Origin: Octopus bimaculoides
Taxonomy: Eukaryota
NCBI RefSeq assembly: GCF_001194135.2
Contig: NC_068990.1
Coordinates: forward strand, 72,082,336-72,146,335
Reading direction: 5' to 3'
DNA length: 64,000 nt
Shown: piece after piece, positions 39,848 to 49,330 of the stretch
Layout: every line of letters begins with the position of its first letter
Numbering within the stretch: the first letter of the stretch is position 1
The notes under the pieces: model-generated
Database searches by the model: none
What the model was told of the DNA's origin: nothing
Seen by the model: only the letters and a program-made list of their open reading frames with translations
Translations under genes and position numbers: made by a program

Positions 39848-39870
39848 AGACATGTGAGTGTATATATCTA

Positions 39871-39915
<45 letters not shown>

Positions 39916-39964
39916 GTCTATCTATTTACCTGCCTATCTATCCATCTATATATCTGTCTCTCCA

Positions 39965-40011
<47 letters not shown>

Positions 40012-40327
40012 GTATACACACACACATGCACGCACACACATACATGATACACATGCACATCATGCACACTCAAACATATGTCATGAATAACATAATAAAA
40101 ATGCAAATACAGTTACACAATAAAGAGCTTCTGGATAACTCATTCAATTTCTGATTGAAGAGCAAAAACTGATGTGAGAAAAACTGGTAAACCATGTAAT
40201 TAATATAGAATCATATAATAACATTTGAGGATTAAGATTATATTACAGAAACATTTGAGGAGTATTCTATCTATGTATGAGGAATGTAATCCTAACATTA
40301 TACTGAATGAGAATTTTAATCTTACAG

Positions 40328-40459
40328 GAAGACACAACTGCCCCAACCAAAAGAGTCGCTGTGACATACACTACTCCAGCTCCTCCACAATTCGCTCAAC
40401 CAGATAATTCGCATATGAGTGAAAATGACAATGTAACTTTGCGGTTTGAAGCAATCATG
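40328..40459 (+). CDS. EFHC1: EFHC1 exon, divergent linker and start of DM10 domain 3 (EDTTAPTKRVAVTYTTPAPPQFAQPDNSHMSENDNVTLRFEAIM)
   Basis: Acceptor cttacag, donor atg|gtaagt; 132 nt, phase 0-0. The last 16 residues align to EFHC1 KMLVNDNKVLRYLAVL; the first ~28 do not align. Confidence 0.85.
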
Positions 40460-40654
40460 GTAAGTATAGCTTTTCATAATTTTATGTTGTTGTTGCAAAG
40501 TACAGGATTCTTTCCTCTCCTGACCAGTTGAAGATTTGTATCCCATTATTGCTAAATGATGTATTTTCACGACAAATACATTTAACTCACAACTGGTGCA
40601 GCTAATTTTGCTGTAAATAGAGACTATGCAGAAATGTAACTTAATTTTAACAGA

Positions 40655-41400
40655 CTAAAAAGAGGGATCTTCCAGGAGATAGAACAGTGGGACAAGAGGG
40701 GTTTCCATAGGGTGTATATGACCGTAGTGGCCAGACAACATCTGCTGTTGATCTCCGGGGTCAGGTCTCTGTTGGTGAGTTTGGAACTTAGGTAGCTGAA
40801 AAAGCTGACAAACTCCATGACATTTGGGCCAATATGGAGATGGGGAGGATCTGGGCCATCACCAACATGCATCAGCTTTGTCTTCACCCAACTCACCCAA
40901 AGGCTATCTGCTCCACATCTATAATGCATCAGTCCTCTCCATTCTCATCAATGGAGCAGAAACGTGGTCTCTCTCAAAGACCCTGGCAAAGAGGATCAAC
41001 GGCTTCAATAGCAGAGCCCTGAGAACCAATGAGAAAACAAGATGGTACCATCATGCTTCCAACAGAGAACTGCATGTGTGCGTGCACCAACCTCCAGCCT
41101 CCCACCTCATAGCAGTTCATCCTGTGTGCTGGTACAGGCATGTCCCCCACCCTGTCTCCCACTAGATCATCCTAGTTGGGCTTTACTCTCATTTGATGCA
41201 GCAGCTGCAGGCTTGAAGAGGCCTTGTGGCAGGCCCTACACCAGATAGCTAGACGTGATTGGGGAACATCTCCAGAGGATTGACATCCCCTTGAGGGATG
41301 CCAAGTAGCTGGCACAGGACCAACAGTGATGACAGTACCGATGGGCCTGATCTGATCTATGCATAACGACAACTCTGGAAACACTAATTTGGAATGACGC
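40655..41400. mobile_element. RTE-clade LINE fragment with 5' inversion
   Basis: Minus strand 40655-40915: LWVSWVKTKLMH...EFVSFFSYLSSK...EINSR...LWKPL...ISWK. Plus strand from about 40916 continues IYNASVLSILINGAETWSLS...RINGFNSRALR. Consecutive ORF segments in opposite orientation. Confidence 0.85.
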
Positions 41401-41653
41401 ATGTATTTCAATGTATTTGAAGATTGTTTTGGAATTATAAAGTTCTAGAAATTTTCCATCATGCGACCATCTTGGGTGAATGCCTTTACTATTATCTGAA
41501 ATCAACTTGATCCCTGCATACGAAACTATGTAGCTGGACACTGTGCAGAGCCTGTCAGATAGTGAAAACTTGTAAACAGAAAATAAAACTTGTAAAAAAT
41601 CGTAAACCCAGGATCTCATAAAGTGGGCCATCGTAAAGTGAGGTATTACTGTA
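41400..41653 (+). mobile_element. Possible pogo/Tigger terminal fragment
   Basis: Ends cgtaaagtgaggtattactg|ta, resembling a Tigger-type TIR plus TA target (from memory); the other end was not found. Confidence 0.45.
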
Positions 41654-42059
41654 CTTTGTAATAAAGGGTTTTGTAATATAGAATCAGTTTCAAATGGATT
41701 GCTCACAAGGTCAGGTCAGGCCAGGTGTGTGTGTGTGGGGGGGGCATGTGTTGTTGTAGTGTGTTGCTGCATTTACCATTTGTTGGTATATTCCTGTGTC
41801 CTCCCAGGAAACACATCAAGCAGAGTGCCAGTCAGTCTCCATATCTGTGAGATACTTCCTCATTTGCTGTGACTATGTAACATGTGGTTGACCAACAGGA
41901 GCTGTCAGCCCAGTCAGATTCTCAGTGAAGAGAACACAGTAAACAGAGTCTAACTCAGAAAATCAACCAAATAGTCTGCTTGCAGGACATGATTTTATTT
42001 CGCATAAAATAGTTGCTAAAATAAAAATTGTAGTAAAAACAAAAAAAAATAAAGGATTA

Positions 42060-42440
42060 TTCTTATTCTTTCATTCTTTTACTTGTTTCAGTCATTGGAC
42101 TGCAGCCATGCTGGAGCACCACCTTGACACACAGGACTTATTTCTTAAACCTAGTACTTATCCTATAGGACGCTTTTGCTAAACTGTTAAGTTACAGGGA
42201 TGCAAACACATCAACACTGGTTGTCAAGCAGTGATGAGGAGACAAACACAGACACAAAGACACACACACACACACATTTTTATATGATAGGCTTCTTTCT
42301 GTTTCCATCTACCAAATCCACTGACAAGGCTTTGGTCAGTCCGAGGCTATAGAAGAAGACACCTTCCCAAGGTGGCATACGGTGGGACTAAGGCTGAAAC
42401 TACGTGGTTGGGAAGCAAGCTTCATACCACACAGCCATAC
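42060..42440 (-). mobile_element. Full-length tRNA/CORE-like SINE with central microsatellite
   Basis: Minus-strand head gtatggctgtgtggtatgaagcttgcttcccaaccac..caccttgggaaggtgtcttc and tail ggtgctccagcatggctgcagtccaatgactgaaacaagtaaaaga. Sits immediately upstream of the DM10-3 exon. Confidence 0.85.
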
Positions 42441-42504
42441 ATTTTATTAATTAATTAATTTATTTATTTATTTATTTATTTATTTATTGTCTTTTGTTAA
42501 TCAG

Positions 42505-42799
42505 GATAGTGTCATGGATGAGAATAAAGGTCGCCGCTTTATAATCACTTATCACCCAGCAGATCAGAGGATTATGGTTCATGAGCCACCTTCTAGAAAT
42601 TCTGGCATTGTAACTGGAAAGTTCCTTAATTTAATGAAAGTTCCCAAACCTAACCACGACCCTGAAAACCCCATCTACTATGGTATACATGACTTCTATA
42701 TTGGAGCAAAAATTGACCTTTTTGAACACAGATTCATCATTACCAATGCAGATCTATTTGTCTTGAAATATATGGAGGCACATAAAGACCAATTTTCCA
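42505..42799 (+). CDS. EFHC1: EFHC1 exon, DM10 domain 3 (DSVMDENKGRRFIITY...EPPSRNSGIVTGKFL...DFYIGAKIDLFEHRFIITNADLFVLKYME...QFS)
   Basis: Acceptor ttaatcag, donor a|gtaagt; 295 nt, phase 0-1. Matches EFHC1 RRFVFSY...EPPVRNSGIIGGKYL...DFFIGAVIEVFGHRFII...YVLKYME. Confidence 0.96.
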
Positions 42800-42959
42800 G
42801 TAAGTTGTATACTATTTTATGTATTTTTTTTTATTCATTTACCCTTTTCAATCAACATTGAATCATATACATATATACTTATGCATTTGTCTGTCAGAAT
42901 GACAAGGACCACCTAGTCATCCTCAAGGGTGACTGATAACTTGAACAGTGACTTTGATT

Positions 42960-43060
42960 AATCCGTTAACATTCAGATTACTCTGTCAAATGTAATGCTT
43001 ATTTATTCACATTGCTTTGAATTAATCATGCATTATCTTATAACTTTCAAATATTCCCAG
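42960..43060 (-). mobile_element. Partial piggyBac-type MITE
   Basis: cattcagattactctgtcaaatgtaatgcttatttattcacattgctttgaattaatcatgcattatct is the reverse complement of the 37.6-kb MITE end. Confidence 0.7.
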
Positions 43061-43254
43061 ATATTTATAACTGGACCGAGGTTCAATTGCCTTCATCATT
43101 TCACCACTTGGCACATTGTCCTTCTTTTCTGATAAGCTTTCGTCATCTCATCATTAGCGTAGCACATTTTGTATTATTATTATTCTTTTCATCTCTAATG
43201 TTATAAATATTTCAAAGGGACTGAACCCAGAACCATGTGGTTGGGAAGCAAGCT

Positions 43255-44020
43255 ACTTGGTGCATTCCAGACGTTTTGAGATGTTTTTAGAAGAGGCAGT
43301 TATAACTGCCATAGATTATTGTTATTTTAATATATCGTTACTATGCATTTAATAAGCTGACCTGCCAATTTTTATTATTCTAGATTAAAGGAGATAAGTG
43401 TAACAACAATTTGAGCAAACCCTACTAAAATCCGCTTGTCATAAATGATTAGTTTGCAGAATGCAGCCAGGATGTTTGGGAGCTTGCTCTGCAATAAAGT
43501 TTTGTGTTAAACAGTAAAAGCACTACAAAAACTTATGAAATGTTTCAGACTGCTTATGGATTAAATTTTCCATTTTTCAAGGATGATAGAGAAGAGGTGA
43601 CAGACAATGAGAAGTGTGTGAAAAAGAGGGAGGTCAAAACATCAGAACTAGTTGAGAAAATTCAGAGTTTTCTGGGCGAAGGCCATTGTGTGTCTATAAA
43701 GACAATAAGCATACAGTCTGGAGTTGGTGTGACAACTGTACACAGAATTATTCATGAATTTCTGAATATGCACAAAATGCGTGCAAAGTTTATTCCCGGA
43801 GTGCTCAGTGAACAGTCTCTTGGCAATCAACTACTTGACAGAGATGGGCATCAAAACCGTCCCTCACCCTACCTAGTCTGGACCTTGCTCCTTTTGACAT
43901 ATGGTTGTTCTCCAAACTGAAGGAGAAACTCAGAGGTAGTCCTTTTGCCGGTGAAGTAGACGAACATGAGTTATATTTTTGTGAATGATTGCGTTTGAGA
44001 GAGCAAGAGAGGAAGAGGGA
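43255..44020 (+). mobile_element. Internally deleted mariner transposase relic
   Basis: KSTTKTYEMFQTAYG...FKDDREEVTD...VEKIQ...SIKTISIQSGVGVTTVHRIIHEFLNMHKMRAKFIP (paired HTH region) and a PSPYL-like YSPDL remnant. Confidence 0.8.
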
Positions 44021-45029
44021 AAGAAAGGAATAGATAACGTGAGCAATGTGTATGTTGTTGTCACAGATTACGTATGTGTGGTTGTGTGTGTTTTTACGTA
44101 TCAATGTTATGAAAAATAGGTAAAGAATACTGAGATGAAAGTTTAATCTATGACGTTGTATGTATCACTTTCTCTCTCTCTGTTGAGCGCGTGTGTAAGA
44201 ACGCTGTTCCAGGTAGAAGGGAAGAAATATAAAAGTTGCTAGAAACAACAGCCAAATCTCCCTTAAATCACACAAAGTAAACGGAATTTTAAAAATCTAA
44301 TTACTGCACTGGAAATTTCACATCGAGAAAATTCCATTGATGTAAAAATTTTTATGAAAAAGTGGAAAATGTGGATTTCTATAAACTTTTAAAAAGGCTT
44401 CACACAGACACACAACTTCAGTTTTATATATTAAGATATACACACACACACCTTTGTATGTATGTGTATATATCTATAGCTATCTATCTATACATATTCA
44501 TACATATATATATACAAATAAACATATACATATATATACACACACACACTCTTATAGAAAGCTTAACAAGACACACATCAATATAAATATATTTTTATGT
44601 ATTTCTGTATGTATGTGCATATATGTATGTATATATGTATGTATGTGTGTATGTATGTATGTATGTATGTATGTATGTATGCATGCTTGTATGTTAATTT
44701 GTCTGTCCGTCTACCTAAAGTGTAGCTCGTTATTTTGAATATTTGCTGTCGTTTTATTGATTTGTAGGTCGGTTCATTTAAACAGACATTAATGAATTAG
44801 GTATTTATTCCTCAACTGATATCCATATATCTCTGTGCTAACGAACATCTCACCATTAATTTTACATCAAAATTTCCAATTCCATATATATGTGCAATTC
44901 ACTTCATATTGGTGAGAAATTTAGTTATGAAATTATGTGTGTGTGTATGTCTATACATCCATACATACATACATACATACATACATGCATACAAGCATAC
45001 ATACGTACAAACATACGTATGTACATACA

Positions 45030-45260
45030 TATCATCACTATCATCCTTTAACGTCCATTTTTGATGCTGATATGGATTGGACATTTTAATCAGGAACGGC
45101 AAGCAAGAGAGCTGCACCATGTTCCAGTCAGATTTGGTTTGATTTCTAATGCCAACCATTTTACAGTGTGTGTTGAATGCTTTTAATGTGGCACTGGCAC
45201 AGGGATCTTGCTGGCCAATCCTCTTCCTCAGAGGGAATGGCATTAACACTTCTGCTGATG
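45030..45260 (-). mobile_element. RTE-type 3' tail copy
   Basis: atcatcctttaacgtccatttttgatgctgatatggattgg...gccaaccattttacagtgtg, collinear with the 9.2-kb UTR. Confidence 0.7.
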
Positions 45261-45573
45261 GGGACGGGGTACCAGATATCTCAGTCGTTTGTCATCTCCA
45301 CAACATTCAACGTCCTGAGGTTATTCTTCAGTATTTGATATATATATATATATATATATATANNNNNNNNNNNNNNNNNNNNNNNNNNNNNNNNNNNNNN
45401 NNNNNNNNNNNNNNNNNNNNNNNNNNNNNNNNNNNNNNNNNNNNNNNNNNNNNNNNNNNNNNNNNNNNNNNNNNNNNNNNNNNNNNNNNNNNNNNNNNNN
45501 NNNNNNNNNNNNNNNNNNNNNNNNNNNNNNNNNNNNNNNNNNNNNNNNNNNNNNNNNNNNNNNNNNNNNNNNN

Positions 45574-45626
<53 letters not shown>

Positions 45627-45641
45627 TATATAAAATTTGTG

Positions 45642-45939
45642 GGTAAGGCCGGAACAATACAAAATAAATCCAAGGTAAATCACAAGAAAATAGGCATATG
45701 AATTAATGGTGACTTACCCTGCATTCAATATTTCAGGATTATGAACCCCTCTTCAGGAATTAGTGAATGTTGCAGATGTACACACACATGTACACATATG
45801 TACATCTGCAACATTTGCTAACTCCTGAAGAGGGGGTCATAACCCTGAAATATTGAATGCAGGGTAAGTCATCATTAATTCATGTGCCTGTTTTCTTGTG
45901 ATTTACATTAGCTTTATTTCGTATTGTTCCAGCCTTACC
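45642..45939. repeat. ~300-bp fold-back palindrome (141-bp arms, 16-nt loop), MITE-like
   Basis: Arms 45642-45782 and 45799-45939 are reverse complements with 13 mismatches counted by eye, mostly transitions. Confidence 0.95.
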
Positions 45940-45959
45940 TACATGAACAATGCCAGGGC

Positions 45960-46268
45960 CGTCTAACTGGCTCCTGTGCCATCTGAACATGACCAATACC
46001 AGTGCCCCCTGAATGGCTCCCATGCTGGTGGCATGTAAAAAGTACTATCCAAACATGATTGATGCCAGGCCCACCTGACTGATTCCTGTGCTGGTGGCAT
46101 GTAAAAAGCACCCACTATACTCTCAGAGTGGTTGGTGTAAGGAAGGGCATCCAGCTGTAGAAACATTGCCAAATTAAATTGGAGCTTGGTGCAGCCACTG
46201 GCTCTCCAGACTTCAGTCAAACCATTCAACCCCTGCCAGCATGGAAAACAGACGTTAAACGATGATGA

Positions 46269-46272
<4 letters not shown>
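45960..46272 (+). mobile_element. RTE-type 3' tail copy
   Basis: gtaaaaagcacccactatactctcagagtggttggtgtaaggaagggcatccagctg...gcatggaaaacagacgttaaacgatgatgatg. Confidence 0.85.
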
Positions 46273-46306
<34 letters not shown>

Positions 46307-47551
46307 AAATATGAAAAACATATAGCATCTGATACAGATGTTTAATGTGTAATGTTTTCATATTTATAAAGTAATGCAAGTTAATTATATATTGTGTGGG
46401 CTACTGTTGGTTTTAGGGGCTTAGTTTTCAGACCCTGTTTATATTCATATGTTATAAAGGTGAGAAATATTTTGAAACTGTATTTTCTCCAACTCTCACT
46501 TTCATTAGTGTGAATAGCTTGCCCTCAAGAGCTGTGAATTTATTTGTTCCTACCAAAGTCACAGAGAAAAAAAAACATAAAATATTTGAAGTTGAAGCAA
46601 GGAACCCCCAAACAAATAAAGGTGAAAATAATAGGTATTAGGGGAGGGGAAGGTAAGTGTTGGGCAAAGTAAATATAAAAATTAAGTAGGTGGAAAAAGG
46701 AAGGAAGAAAGTTAGAAAGTTAGAAAAGAAAAATGTGAAGATGATATGAGATGAGACAGTAACATATGTAATTCTAATGAGACAAAGATGATACTTCCAG
46801 CTGTTTAATAAATCTTTTTCAAAATTTCTGATTTACCAGAACACTTCTGATCTGTTGTTTAAATAAAAGTCACATTGATGAAAGCTTTTTAGGATTGTTT
46901 CTTCTCTTCTATGTACAACCTGCATTTTTTACTTTCATTTCAGGATTTTTCATTTATTAATATAGATTGAAGGTTTCCTTTTGATTGTTGGGTGTAGTGT
47001 GTCTATTTACTAACGTTTGTTTTATCCTGTAAATGAAGATGCATGATTATAAAATTTTTGTTTAAATTTTCCATCTTTCATTCATATGCAACACTTACAT
47101 ATTTCTTTCAGATTATGTTTTATAGACATGGTGCCTACCTCAAAAGTTATTGCTTCCACATCACAGAATTTGTTTAGTGGGTATATATTAGAGCTCCTGC
47201 ATCAAAATGTGCTTTGGGCTTCTTTTGGTGTTTGTTTTTCATATTTGAGGTGCAAGTATGGCTAATTTAAGATTGCTCTCTTTAAAAAGTTTCTACATCT
47301 ATAGTCAGAGAGAAGTGCTTGTCTGTTAAAGTTAGGAAGTTTCTTGCTGTAGTATATTTTGTATTAAGTGAAAGAAGTTACAAACCACATAAGGTTCGCT
47401 TTGCTGTCAGTTCACTAAGCTGTCAATTCATCAGGCTGTTCACTTATCTGTCACATCATTTAGCCATTGCCTTAATAGTGGCATACCCATAGTTACATTA
47501 TTTACATTATCTACATTTGACGGATATTCGTCCTCATCTTGTTTGTTGTTA

Positions 47552-47595
47552 ACACAACGTTTCGGCTGATATACCCTCCAGCCTTCGTCAGGTGT
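47552..47595 (-). ncRNA. Minimal type I hammerhead ribozyme (inverted copy)
   Basis: Exact reverse complement of 48068-48111. Confidence 0.85.
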
Positions 47596-47657
47596 CTTGG
47601 GGAAATTTCGAACCTGGGTTCTCATTCCTATCGATGTTACTATTATTATTATTATTA

Positions 47658-47688
<31 letters not shown>

Positions 47689-47974
47689 CAGGTCGCTGCC
47701 GTGAATCGAACTCGGAACCTTGGGGTTAGTAGCCCGCGCTCTTAACCACTACNNNNNNNNNNNNNNNNNNNNNNNNNNNNNNNNNNNNNNNNNNNNNNNN
47801 NNNNNNNNNNNNNNNNNNNNNNNNNNNNNNNNNNNNNNNNNNNNNNNNNNNNNNNNNNNNNNNNNNNNNNNNNNNNNNNNNNNNNNNNNNNNNNNNNNNN
47901 NNNNNNNNNNNNNNNNNTTAAGAGCGCGGGCTACTAACCCCAAGGTTCCGAGTTCGATTCACGGCAGCGACCTG

Positions 47975-48005
<31 letters not shown>

Positions 48006-48067
48006 TAATAATAATAATAATAGTAACATCGATAGGAATGAGAACCCAGGTTCGAAATTTCCCCAAG

Positions 48068-48111
48068 ACACCTGACGAAGGCTGGAGGGTATATCAGCCG
48101 AAACGTTGTGT
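48068..48111 (+). ncRNA. Minimal type I hammerhead ribozyme
   Basis: acac-CTGACGA-a-ggctg(gagggtatat)cagcc-GAAA-c-GTT-gtgt: CUGANGA and GAAA cores, 5-bp helix II, 4-bp helix I, and palindromic AACGTT helix III typical of PLE-associated minimal hammerheads. Confidence 0.85.
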
Positions 48112-48212
48112 TAACAACAAACAAGATGAGGACGAATATCCGTCAAATGTAGATAATGTAAATAATGTAAATAAGTCCTCATCTCTTAAATATAGAACTA
48201 TACCCATAGTTA

Positions 48213-49330
48213 GTTCATATAGCAGTCATCTGTCTGTGAAATCACCTAGCTGTCAGTTCACCTTAATGTAACCTCATCTAGTTGTCAAAATCCAGTCAGT
48301 GCTAAGTTCACTTAGCTGTCACTTGCCCATCTGTCACTTCACCCAGCTGTCATTTTACCTAGTTGTTTCTTCACCCAGCTGTTACTTTATTTAGCTGTCA
48401 ATTTACACAGATGTCATATTACCCAGCTGCTAATCCCCTTTACTCTAGGTTCAGTTAACAACCAGTTCACCTAACTGTTGCATCACCCAACTATTTGTTG
48501 ACTTAGCTGTTAGTCCACATGGTTGTTAGTCAACCAACTATCTGATCATCTATTAGTCCTTTCTTTACCTAGCAGTCAGTTCACCTAACTCTGTGCATTT
48601 GTCTAACTCCACCCATAAGTTTACCATGCTTTCAGTTTACCTAGTTGTCACTTCATCCAGTTGTTACTCCATCTAGCTGTTAGTTTACCTAGTTATCACT
48701 TTATCCAGCTCTTAGTTTATCTATTTGTGAGTTCACTTATGTGTGGGTTCCACCTGATGTTGCTTCCTTTAGTTGAGACTTACTTAACTGCAACATCAAT
48801 CACCTGACAATTTTCGCAGCCGTTAGTTCACCTAACTAGTTGTTAGTTTACTTAAATGTTAGTTCATTTCAATCAGCTATCTATTCATTCAGCTCCTACT
48901 TCACCTAAATTTTAGCCCACCTTGTAATCAGGCTACCAATCCATCACTTCATCTAGCTGTCACATTACATTGTTCTTTTATCTCCCTAATTGATAGTTCA
49001 TATAGCTGTCTCTAAAGTTATCTTATATTTCAGCCTGCTGTTAGTTCACACAGCTATTACTTTACATAGCTGTCAAGTTACCTAACTTTCAAATCACCTA
49101 AGTGGCACTTTGCCTAGCTGTCAATGTACCTAGCATTTCATGTTTCACGTACGTTACATTGAAGTGTCACTTTCCAGCTGTCAGTTTTATCTACCCATTA
49201 GTTTACCGAGCTGTCAGTTTCTATAACAGTTATTTCACATAGCCATCTGCTCAACTAACTCTTAGTTTACTTAGATATTTGTTGATTTAACTGTCCTTTC
49301 ACTGAGCTTTTGGTTCATCTAGCTGTCAAC
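48213..49330 (+). repeat. Degenerate ~1.1-kb minisatellite built on tcacYtagctgtca (roughly 18-20-bp period)
   Basis: Dozens of variants of cacctagctgtcagtt/cacttagctgtcac. The same motif at 47400-47480 shows the hammerhead insertion split this array. Confidence 0.8.

Larger units (their letters stand above)
47483..48212. mobile_element. Head-to-head inverted pair of tRNA-head/(AAT)n/hammerhead elements with a 13-bp target-site duplication
   Basis: 47493-47752 (minus) and 47918-48198 (plus) are reverse complements where they overlap. atacccatagtta occurs at 47483-47495 and 48200-48212. The centre is an N gap. Confidence 0.88.

Noticed and set aside
47918-47975. tRNA-like sequences here and at 5469, 14260, 29900, 37330 and 56185 as tRNA genes
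   Set aside because: They lack a complete acceptor stem and run into SINE bodies, so they are SINE heads.
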